From NCBI GenBank assembly GCA_036351155.1, contig JAZBOO010000212.1, positions 1-17,884 of the forward strand: a stretch of 17,884 nucleotides of DNA. Direction: 5' to 3'. How positions within the stretch are numbered: the stretch's first letter is position 1; every line of letters begins with the position of its first letter. A program made the position numbers and the translations under genes. Below the pieces are notes generated by a model that saw only the letters and a program-made list of their open reading frames with translations, made no database searches and was not told the DNA's origin. This document shows positions 1 to 7,533 of this stretch, one piece after another. Origin of the DNA: Candidatus Krumholzibacteriia bacterium (lineage in GTDB: Bacteria > Krumholzibacteriota > Krumholzibacteriia > LZORAL124-64-63).

Positions 1-51
1 AGCAGACACCGTCTCCACCACCCCGGTTCCGTCGGTTTTCCTGATCACCTA
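1..51 (-). other. In-frame continuation of the metalloprotease beyond an amber (TAG) codon
   Basis: Manual translation gives ...PPLTLA-TAG-VIRKTDGTGVVETVSA: 16 sense codons, many G/C-ending, with a beta-strand/turn-like pattern. No terminator or AT-rich intergenic character follows the TAG. Confidence 0.6.
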
Positions 52-1365
52 GGCCAGGGTCAGGGGAGGATCTTCGGCAGAGGAGTTCAGGGATAGGGCC
101 AGGGAACCCGCCTCCCCCACATCCAGCCCCTGCAGTCGAATGAACCGCGCGGCCAGGTGGGCCACCTCTCCCTCGATCACTTCCGGGTACTGGTACACAT
201 CGGTGAGCACGGGGCCTAGCGGGTAAGAAGCCGCCTCCTGATAGCCCAGCCCCGTCAATGCGCGGCTGGCCGTGGCATAGTTCCAGGCCGTGAACTCGGC
301 CCAGGCCAGGGGCCAGGGGCGATCCACGTCCTGCAACACCTGAGCATAGGTGGTCAGAACTTCCTCGCCTGAGTGGTCTGCGCGCCGGCTCCAGAAATCC
401 CGCATGATCCCCGAACCAAAAGTCTCGGACATCCAGTGCTGCCACACCACATCCTCGTAGGACCCGGTGCCGGTGGTTCCCCCGTCCAGAGGCAGTTCCG
501 GATGCCGGATGGGACTGCCGCCATGCAGGTAGTTGTAGTAGTCGTTGGTCTGGTCGAAAACCAGATCCTCGGCCCAGACGGCATCCAGCTCGATCCAGCC
601 TGCTTCGCTCCAGGCACTGTCCTGGTACTGGCTGCAATGCTTGTGTTCATGGGCGGCGGTCACCTTCAGTGCCCCGAGCACATCTCCATCCGGATCGGCA
701 TTGGGGGGAAAACCCGCAAAGTTGTTGTGCAGGGTGATGCCCGTGGTGCCTTCCTCGGCATCGATCACATAGGTGTAGCCGTAGTTCTGCATGGCCCGGA
801 AATTCACGGGCAGGGGCTGCTCGGGGTCCACCGGATCGCTGAACCCGAACATGAGGACCTCGACCGTCCAGGATTGCTCCAGGTACTGGGCCGCCCGTTC
901 CACGAAATCGGGAATGCCGTTGGCCGGGGAAACATCCAGGGCCGGCACGGCATCGGTTCCGGTCAAGCTGTAGCTCAGCCGGAAGTGGCCTTCGGTGCTG
1001 AAGTAAATGGCTCGAGCCTCGGGAGGAGCCAGATAATCCCGGATCAGATCGGCGGCCTCGGGGTCCAGGTCGCTGGCCATGGCGTAGTATTTCCGGACCA
1101 GCCCCGTGCCGCATCGCAGTGGGGAAACGCCTTCCACCCGGAATTCCTCGGGCAACCGTTGCTGGTCAAAGATATAGTGGAACTGGTACAGTAATGCGTC
1201 CTGAGCTGACAGGTTGCCGGTCTGTTGCTCCTGGCTGACCCGTTCCAGAAAGGCCTGGCTGTCGATCAATGGCTTGAACCGGGTGGCCCCCTGCACCATA
1301 CCGCTGGCCGCGATTGTCCAGACAACCACGGCCATAAAAAGCACGCTGCGGGGGCGAAAAAACAT
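49..1365 (-). CDS. Secreted zinc metalloprotease, MXAN_6640-like family; probably extends past the TAG at 49-51 and off the left edge of the window
   Basis: Signal peptide (MFFRPRSVLFMAVVVWTIAASGMVQG), a propeptide RCGT motif, and family-typical 'TEGHFRLSYSLTGTDAVP..D...NGIPDFVER'. HEXXH (TAAHEHKH, nt 637-651) is followed by a downstream Glu segment (WIELDAVWAED). The frame stays open past the TAG as VIRKTDGTGVVETVSA to position 1. Confidence 0.8.
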   Translation of the reverse strand: MFFRPRSVLFMAVVVWTIAASGMVQGATRFKPLIDSQAFLERVSQEQQTGNLSAQDALLYQFHYIFDQQRLPEEFRVEGVSPLRCGTGLVRKYYAMASDLDPEAADLIRDYLAPPEARAIYFSTEGHFRLSYSLTGTDAVPALDVSPANGIPDFVERAAQYLEQSWTVEVLMFGFSDPVDPEQPLPVNFRAMQNYGYTYVIDAEEGTTGITLHNNFAGFPPNADPDGDVLGALKVTAAHEHKHCSQYQDSAWSEAGWIELDAVWAEDLVFDQTNDYYNYLHGGSPIRHPELPLDGGTTGTGSYEDVVWQHWMSETFGSGIMRDFWSRRADHSGEEVLTTYAQVLQDVDRPWPLAWAEFTAWNYATASRALTGLGYQEAASYPLGPVLTDVYQYPEVIEGEVAHLAARFIRLQGLDVGEAGSLALSLNSSAEDPPLTLA

Positions 1366-1402
1366 GACCTGGGATGTCCTTTTTGCGTATTATCCGGCGT
1401 AA

Positions 1403-1411
1403 ATTATAACA
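1403..1411 (-). promoter_or_regulatory. Extended -10 sigma70 promoter element (TGTTATAAT) for the metalloprotease gene
   Basis: Perfect TGnTATAAT on the minus strand, about 38 nt upstream of the ATG at 1365, in an AT-rich divergent intergenic region. Confidence 0.65.
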
Positions 1412-1514
1412 AACCGTAAAGGCTGTGTGCGTTTTTTTTGAAATACGGTTTAATCGTCCGGTCCGTGGCCGAAAACCTGATGAGTCAGCCGGTTACCCGA
1501 ACCCAGGAGCCCTG

Positions 1515-3080
1515 TTGCTTCCAGCGCCTGTCCAGTCCATGTATTTTCAGCGCCGCACGCAGTGGTGTGCGCTGCTGCTGACATGTGTGCTGGTCCTGGC
1601 CGGTTGTGGCGAAAAGATCGAGCCCATCCTCGGTTCTGACGAAGATTCCGGCGTGCCGGCCGTCCCCGAGCCGTTGCGCCGGTGGGATCTGGATGATCTG
1701 CGCCGCAGCGGCATCCTGAAGGTGGCCACCTACTACAGCCCCCGCACCTACTTCATCCACAAGGGGGGGCAGGCGGGATTCGAATTCGAGCTGGTGTCGC
1801 GCTTTGCCGAGCAGCAGGGGCTGACCCTGGAGATGGTGATTGCCGAACCGGGTGACGACCTGGTCAGCCTGCTGAACACCGGTCAGGCCGATCTGGTGTG
1901 CGTGGGCCACACCGTTCCCCCCGGCGTGGAACCCTATCTGGCCTGGACCCGCCCCACCAACTTCACCCGCAAGGTGGTGGTTCTGCCCGAGACAAGCACG
2001 CGGCCGGCAACCCTGGAAGGACTGGCCGGTTTGACCTTGACCTTGCCCCAGGGCTGTCCATTCGAGGAGAAGTTGCAGGCCATGCGCCAGGAGGCCGGCA
2101 TGGTGTTCCGGGTGGTTTCCGGGCCTCCCCTGGCCGAGGCCGAGGACCTGATGGCCCAGGTGGCCAACGGCGAACGAGAGGCCATCGTGGTGGACGACAT
2201 CGCCGCCCGGGCAGGCATGGCCTGGATTCCTGGATTGAAGCTGGGCCCCATCCTGGGCGAGCCCCAGGCCACCGCCTGGCTGATGCGCAACAACAGCACC
2301 GACCTGAAAGGCGCCCTGGACAGCTACCTGCAAAAGCACCTCAAGGTCACCTCCGGAGGCCGGACCAGGCGCAGTCAGACCTACGGGATCATCCACGACC
2401 GCTACTTCCGCAACGAGAAGTCCATCAAGGGTTACCGCGACGTCAATCATCGGCCCGACAAGAGCGGCCGCATCAGCCGATACGATGAGCTGGTGCGCAC
2501 CCAGGCCGAAGCCGCCGGGCTGGACTGGCGCCTGGTCTCGGCCCTGATGTATCAGGAGAGCCGTTTCTATCCCAACGCCCGCAGCAAGGCCGACGCCCGT
2601 GGACTCATGCAGGTGCTGCCCCAGTTTGCCGGTCCCCAGGCCGACAGCCTTTACAATCCCGAGGCCAACATGCGAGCCGGATTGCGTCTGATGAAACAAA
2701 CCTACCAGAACTACGCTTACCTGGACTCGCTGGATCGCTGGCGCTTCACCCTGGCCGAGTACCACGCGGGCCACGGCCATGTGACCGATGCCCGCCGCAT
2801 GGCCATGGACATGGGCCGCAACCCCAACAGCTGGGGACAGGCCCTGAAGATCACTCTGCCCCGATTGATGGAATCGCTGCACTACCGCCGCACACGTCAT
2901 GGTTACTACGGCGGGGCCGAGACGGTGGACTACGTGGAGGAGATCATGAATCGGTTCCGCATGTACGCCCGCTTCGTGCCGCGTCAGCCCGAGGAGCCGG
3001 ATTCCATGGAAGAGATGTTGAAGAACCTGCAACTTTTGCCGGGCCTGGTGACCACCACGCCCGGTCCGCCGCCTAGATAA
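1515..3080 (+). CDS. mltF: Membrane-bound lytic murein transglycosylase F-like lipoprotein (family-3 substrate-binding domain + SLT domain)
   Basis: Lipobox LAGC. SBP-3 region 'GILKVAT...GFEFELVSRFA'. SLT motifs 'LDWRLVSALMYQESRF' (catalytic Glu), 'ARGLMQV', 'EYHAG.GHV.DAR' and 'ETVDYV'. Start placed at TTG 1515 (AGGAG at 1505-1509); ATG 1539 is the alternative. The ORF-track start at 1425 is probably too long. Confidence 0.85.
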   Translation: MLPAPVQSMYFQRRTQWCALLLTCVLVLAGCGEKIEPILGSDEDSGVPAVPEPLRRWDLDDLRRSGILKVATYYSPRTYFIHKGGQAGFEFELVSRFAEQQGLTLEMVIAEPGDDLVSLLNTGQADLVCVGHTVPPGVEPYLAWTRPTNFTRKVVVLPETSTRPATLEGLAGLTLTLPQGCPFEEKLQAMRQEAGMVFRVVSGPPLAEAEDLMAQVANGEREAIVVDDIAARAGMAWIPGLKLGPILGEPQATAWLMRNNSTDLKGALDSYLQKHLKVTSGGRTRRSQTYGIIHDRYFRNEKSIKGYRDVNHRPDKSGRISRYDELVRTQAEAAGLDWRLVSALMYQESRFYPNARSKADARGLMQVLPQFAGPQADSLYNPEANMRAGLRLMKQTYQNYAYLDSLDRWRFTLAEYHAGHGHVTDARRMAMDMGRNPNSWGQALKITLPRLMESLHYRRTRHGYYGGAETVDYVEEIMNRFRMYARFVPRQPEEPDSMEEMLKNLQLLPGLVTTTPGPPPR

Positions 3081-3360
3081 CCATCCGCACTTCGGGTCGA
3101 TCAGCCAGCGCGCGAAACAGGGCGTTCCGTTCCTCCTCGTCCTGGATGACCAGGTTCAGAGTCAGGCTGATGTAATTGCCCTTGCTGCTGGCCCGGGAAA
3201 AGCCCAGCTCGAACGAGCGGTCGCCAGAGTCGGGGTTCAAGTTCTCGTGCAGGCATTCCTTGATGGCGCCGCGCAGGGCGTCCTCATCCTGGCCCACCAC
3301 CTTGAAACCCCAGGAACAGGGGTAGGTGATCTGGGGTTTCTGGTTGGTCTTGTCGGTCAT
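3073..3360 (-). CDS. DUF493/YbeD-like (HP0495-like) small ACT-fold protein
   Basis: 'ITYPCSWGFKVVG', 'SSKGNYISLTL' and the terminal 'PEVRMVI' match the family signature. Ends with TAG and overlaps the mltF 3' end by 8 nt. Confidence 0.88.
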   Translation of the reverse strand: MTDKTNQKPQITYPCSWGFKVVGQDEDALRGAIKECLHENLNPDSGDRSFELGFSRASSKGNYISLTLNLVIQDEEERNALFRALADRPEVRMVI

Positions 3361-3451
3361 GAATATTCCCTACCTGGACAATATCCCTCGTTGGGCCCGT
3401 GTTCCCCATATGATAAGTTCCCGTCAGGAACATTCAACCCGGGAACGTATC

Positions 3452-4654
3452 ATGAACCGTTATCTTCTGATGATCATTCTGTTAGCGGTAATCGTCCTGT
3501 TAGGCGAGACCACTGCCCAGGCCACCACCCCTCGCGTGCATGCCCTCGGCGGGGCGGGCGACTACTTCGAAGACGACAGCGGCACCCTGCGCTGGTACGG
3601 CAGCCTCGGCGACTACGGCAACGCCGTGACCCTGGATTTCGGCCACTTCAACATTTACCAGGGGTACCACAATGATCAAGACAACACCTTCAGCGGTCCC
3701 TCGCTGAGTGTGCGCCAATCTTTGGGCCCCCGCTGGGGTGTGGTCGCGGCCACCTGGAATGCCATCGATGACGACGTGCCCTCGCCCTCTCTGTACCGGG
3801 ATTTCCGCGAGGACTCATTCAGCCTGATGTACGGACGGCGTGTGGGTGCCGTGCAGCTGGGTCTGGTCTTCCAGAAATCCCCGGAGCAGGAGACGCGCGA
3901 TATGGACCTGGTGGCGCAATCTGAGCGCCAGCTCTGGGGACTGGGTGCAAGATTCGACGTGTCCTCCCGGGCATACGTCGACCTCGCGGCTGAGCTACGC
4001 ACGAACCGGGAATTCATTCAGGCCCAGTATTATCCCTATGACCCCCCTCCCCTTGATATGGAAAGTGACACGGGGATCAACTTGCGCGCCCGGATGTTCA
4101 TGAAACTGGGCGAGCGTACCGCCCTGGTGCCCCAGGTGGAATACCTACGTGAAAATCGCCCTGCTCTCCAGCGGGAAAACCTGGACACCCAGAAGTTGGA
4201 CGGCCAGGCCTTGCGTCTGGGATGCGGCCTCAACGTTTTCCCCGACACCGACCGTTTTTTCTTTGTGGCCGCCGACTGGATTCATGGTCAAACCGACTTC
4301 CAGTACTGGGATTTCCTCACGGATAGGGACTGGACAAACGATTGGGATGCCCTGGCTCTCCAGGTGGGCTGGGAACACCGCTACTGGCCCTGGATGACCT
4401 TGCGCTCCTCTGTCGGCTACCGTTTCACCCGAGGCGAGGGATACTATCCCAGGGAAGCGGGCGACCGCGTCCGCGGCTTCGACTACGATGCCTTGCGCTT
4501 CACCCTGGGTGCCGGCTTCCACCTGGGTAACTGGGACCTGGATGCTGCCCTGAGCGAAACTGAGCCCCATTCGGTTTACGGGGACTGGAGCTGGCCGCGC
4601 AAACTTTATGAAGAAACCTGGCTGTCGGTCTCCCTGCGCTATCGACTTCCCTAA
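3452..4654 (+). CDS. Putative outer-membrane beta-barrel protein (FadL/PorV-like N-terminus)
   Basis: From ATG 3452 there is a Sec signal ending in AQA. The N-terminal 'PRVHALGGAGDYFEDD...WYG' resembles the RxxGxGG..DD start of FadL/PorV-type barrels. Many alternating amphipathic strands (LWGLGARFD, LRLGCGLN, FTLGAGFHLGNWDLDA), ending SVSLRYRLP. Confidence 0.65.
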   Translation: MNRYLLMIILLAVIVLLGETTAQATTPRVHALGGAGDYFEDDSGTLRWYGSLGDYGNAVTLDFGHFNIYQGYHNDQDNTFSGPSLSVRQSLGPRWGVVAATWNAIDDDVPSPSLYRDFREDSFSLMYGRRVGAVQLGLVFQKSPEQETRDMDLVAQSERQLWGLGARFDVSSRAYVDLAAELRTNREFIQAQYYPYDPPPLDMESDTGINLRARMFMKLGERTALVPQVEYLRENRPALQRENLDTQKLDGQALRLGCGLNVFPDTDRFFFVAADWIHGQTDFQYWDFLTDRDWTNDWDALALQVGWEHRYWPWMTLRSSVGYRFTRGEGYYPREAGDRVRGFDYDALRFTLGAGFHLGNWDLDAALSETEPHSVYGDWSWPRKLYEETWLSVSLRYRLP

Positions 4655-4693
4655 CTTTCGAGCAGGGGAAAGAGCCGGTGTTTTCCCACATCA

Positions 4694-4721
4694 TGTAAAC
4701 AGTCCTCAGCCTGCCGACGTC
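4694..4721 (+). promoter_or_regulatory. Candidate autoregulatory ECF sigma promoter TGTAAAC-N17-CGTC
   Basis: AAC ends at 4700 and CGTC lies at 4718-4721 with a 17-nt spacer, 29 nt upstream of the sigma ATG. This fits the general ECF 'AAC...CGT' architecture. SD GAGGAGG at 4736-4742. Confidence 0.6.
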
Positions 4722-4749
4722 TCATTCCTCACAGTGAGGAGGAATTCCG

Positions 4750-5358
4750 ATGAGCATGGAAAACCGAGATATCGCGCAGAAAAGAGCCGAGGATCTGGAG
4801 CTGGCCCAGGCCGCCTGGAAAGGCGATGATCAGGCCTGGCGGCAAATCTACGAGGCCACCCACCAGCCTCTTTTCAATTTCCTGTGCTATCAGACCGGCG
4901 ATCGGGACGTGGCCAAGGACCTGCTGCAGGACACCTACGTCACGGCCCTCGGGCGCCTGGACACATTCCAGGGCTCCGGCACGCTGCTGGGCTGGTTGCG
5001 GGCCGTCGCCCTCAGGAAATGTCTCGATTGGCGGCGACGCGTCAGCCAGCGCCTGCGCAAGCTGACCGCTTTTGCCCGTGAAAAATCCTCCGACCCTGTG
5101 CCCTCTGCGCAGGAGGCGTTCCCCGGCCTGGGCGATGGGTTCCAGCAAGCCCTGGACAACCTGTCCCCCAGGCAACGGGCCGCGCTTCTCCTGCGCGAAC
5201 TCGAGGACCTGCCCTTTGCCGATGTCGCCGAAGTCCTCGGCTGCGGCGAAGCCACGGCGCGGGTCCATCATCACCGAGCGTGCCAGAATCTCCGGGACCA
5301 TTTCCAGCAGGGCAATGATCTGGTGTTCGGCACCGGTGCGGAAGGATCGCTATCATGA
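4750..5358 (+). CDS. ECF (sigma-70 group 4) RNA polymerase sigma factor
   Basis: Region 2: 'GDDQAWRQIYE...AKDLLQDTYV...F.GSGTLLGWLRAVALRKCLDWRRR'. Region 4: 'LDNLSPRQRAALLLRELEDLPFADVAEVLGCGEATARVHHHRA'. 202 aa, strong SD. Confidence 0.93.
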   Translation: MSMENRDIAQKRAEDLELAQAAWKGDDQAWRQIYEATHQPLFNFLCYQTGDRDVAKDLLQDTYVTALGRLDTFQGSGTLLGWLRAVALRKCLDWRRRVSQRLRKLTAFAREKSSDPVPSAQEAFPGLGDGFQQALDNLSPRQRAALLLRELEDLPFADVAEVLGCGEATARVHHHRACQNLRDHFQQGNDLVFGTGAEGSLS

Positions 5359-7436
5359 AACGCTACCTCAAGAACGACAAGCACCAGCTGAGCATGCACG
5401 AGCAGGAGGAGATCTGGCGGGGCATCCAGGCCCGAACCGGCCGCGGCACGGAGCCTGGGCGCCGGCGTCGCAGCTTCGCCTTTCCCGTTTTCGGGCTCAC
5501 GTCCCTGACGGCGATGGTTCTGCTTTTCGCCGTCTGGTTCCACCAGCAAGATGCCCCCGACAAGATCGCCCAGCAGGTGCGGCATGAGCACCTCGAGCAA
5601 AGCGTACCTCCGGTCATCATGGAGGAAAAACCCGCGGGAACCCTGGATGACGCAGTGTTGCCCATGGGCAAGGTCAAGGGCGCGCCTCGACAAGTGGAGA
5701 CTGAAGCTCCCGAAGTGGAAACCGCTCCTCCCGCAGTCGCCTCCGAAAACACCGAAAAGTTCGCCATCGAAACGGTGGAAAAGGCCCTCCAGAAACAGGC
5801 CGGGGTCCCCCATCGCGAGGGAGAAGTCCAGGTGCGTGGCGGCCGGTCCGGCGAGGTCACCGAAGACGTCGAGATTGCCGACACCCTGCTGGACCTGAGC
5901 TCGGTCATCATCTCAAGGCGCGCACCCGAAAGCCTGGGCTCCGTCACCGGCGGCACCACGCCTCCCAACGGAGCTGTGGCCGAGCTGATGTACCATGAGC
6001 ACACCGGCGTGAACCCCTTTGTCGCCACCGAGGAAGACGCCCTGTCGACCTTCGCCGTGGACGTGGACAACGCCAGCTACACCATGGTGCGCAGCTACCT
6101 GAATCACGGGGAGCTGCCTCCGGCCGATGCCGTGCGGGTCGAGGAGTTCGTGAACTTCTTCTCCGCCGGCTACCCCGAGCAGACCAGAGACGTCTTCGCC
6201 ATCCACACCGACGGGAGCGAAAGCCGCTTCGGCGCAGGCTACCACCTGCTGCGCGTGGGGTTGAAGGGCATGGATCTGGACGACACGGGGCGCAAACCCG
6301 CCAACCTGATCTTCGTGATCGACATCTCCGGTTCCATGTCGCGTGAAGACCGTCTGGAGCTGGTCAAGAAGAGCCTGCACATCCTGCTGAACGAGCTCCA
6401 GGAGGGCGACAAGGTAGGGATCGTGACCTATGGCAACAGCGGCCGCATTCTGCTGGAACCGACGGATGTGTCCCGCAAGGACGATATTCGTCAGGCCATC
6501 GACCGCCTGGGCCCCAGCGGCGGCACCAACGCCTGCGAGGGGCTGGAAGTGGCCTACATCCTGGCGCGCCGTCACTACGACGCGGCCCTGGTCAACCGGC
6601 TGATCCTGTGCTCGGACGGCGTGGCCAACCTGGGCGGCGCCACCCGCGCCGAGGAGATGCTGGCCCAGGTGCGGCGCAGCAGCGACGAGGGCATCACCCT
6701 GTCGACGGTGGGCTTCGGCATGGGCAACTACAACGACGTGCTGATGGAGAAGCTGGCCAACCAGGGGGACGGCAACTACCACTACGTGGACCAGCTGGAA
6801 GAGGCCGAGCGCGTATTCAAGCAGAATCTGACCGGGCTGTTGCAGACCATCGCCCGCGAGGTGAAGATCCAGGTGGAGTTCAACCCCGACCTGGTGAAGC
6901 GCTGGCGCCTGCTGGGTTACGAGAACCGCGATGTGGCCGACCGTGACTTCCGCAACGACAACGTGGATGCCGGCGAAGTGGGTGTGGGCCACGAGGTGAC
7001 CGCGCTCTACGAGCTGAAGCTGGCCGAAAGCCAGGCGCCCAGCCAGGTGGACCTGGACTGGGAAGAGGCCGAGCTGGGCACCGTCCGCGTCCGATACGAA
7101 TATCCGGCCCACGACACCGAGCGAGCGGGGCAGGTCAAGGAGATTGCCAGGCCGTTCCTGCGTGAAGATGTCCAGAGGCCGTTCTCACGCGCCGACAGCC
7201 ACTACCGGCTGCAGGCGGTGGCCGCCGAGTTCGCCGAAATCTTGCGGCACAGTTTCTGGGCCAGAGAAAGTCGGTTGAGTGATCTGGTCCCCGTGGTCGA
7301 TGGACTGGTGGACGATTTCCCGAACGACAGTGAAACCGGCAACAAGGCCCGCGAACTGGCCGCCATGATTCGCCAGGCTGTTGACTTGCAGGCTGCGCGC
7401 GAGGCCCGGGAAAAGTCAGGAACCCCTCGGGACTGA
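5355..7436 (+). CDS. Single-pass membrane vWA-domain protein, YfbK/DUF3520-like; candidate anti-sigma factor
   Basis: ATGA overlap with the sigma gene. Short N-terminal cytoplasmic segment followed by a TM helix. 'NPF...LSTFAVDVDNASY...VRVEEFVNFF' (vWF_A/YfbK N-part), MIDAS 'VIDISGSM', 'GGTN', 'ILCSDG', and the DUF3520-type 'RLLGYENR..DF.ND.VDAGEVG.GH.VTALYE'. Confidence 0.88.
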   Translation: MKRYLKNDKHQLSMHEQEEIWRGIQARTGRGTEPGRRRRSFAFPVFGLTSLTAMVLLFAVWFHQQDAPDKIAQQVRHEHLEQSVPPVIMEEKPAGTLDDAVLPMGKVKGAPRQVETEAPEVETAPPAVASENTEKFAIETVEKALQKQAGVPHREGEVQVRGGRSGEVTEDVEIADTLLDLSSVIISRRAPESLGSVTGGTTPPNGAVAELMYHEHTGVNPFVATEEDALSTFAVDVDNASYTMVRSYLNHGELPPADAVRVEEFVNFFSAGYPEQTRDVFAIHTDGSESRFGAGYHLLRVGLKGMDLDDTGRKPANLIFVIDISGSMSREDRLELVKKSLHILLNELQEGDKVGIVTYGNSGRILLEPTDVSRKDDIRQAIDRLGPSGGTNACEGLEVAYILARRHYDAALVNRLILCSDGVANLGGATRAEEMLAQVRRSSDEGITLSTVGFGMGNYNDVLMEKLANQGDGNYHYVDQLEEAERVFKQNLTGLLQTIAREVKIQVEFNPDLVKRWRLLGYENRDVADRDFRNDNVDAGEVGVGHEVTALYELKLAESQAPSQVDLDWEEAELGTVRVRYEYPAHDTERAGQVKEIARPFLREDVQRPFSRADSHYRLQAVAAEFAEILRHSFWARESRLSDLVPVVDGLVDDFPNDSETGNKARELAAMIRQAVDLQAAREAREKSGTPRD

Positions 7437-7473
7437 TCCTGATTGACAACCCGACTTGGCCGGATGTTCTTTG

Positions 7474-7512
7474 AAGCCGGTCCGGAACCATACCGGGCCG
7501 GCTTTGCTATTT
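7474..7512 (+). terminator. Probable intrinsic terminator of the ECF-vWA operon
   Basis: Stem GCCGGTCCGG (7476-7485) / CCGGGCCGGC (7493-7502) with one G-U pair and a 7-nt loop, followed by TTTGCTATTT. Lies about 40 nt after the vWA stop. Confidence 0.6.
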
Positions 7513-7533
7513 CGCCGACACCCTGGAGCCACC

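Noticed and set aside
1485..3032. Long antisense ORFs opposite mltF, vWA (5913..7112), mscS (16041..17216), the metalloprotease (373..1194) and DUF1684 (13443..14150)
   Set aside because: All mirror well-supported genes on the other strand, which is expected in high-GC DNA. None has a recognisable domain.
7443..7448. Perfect TTGACA after the vWA gene as a promoter for tauE
   Set aside because: No acceptable -10 hexamer at 16-18 nt spacing, and the adjacent hairpin is better explained as a terminator.
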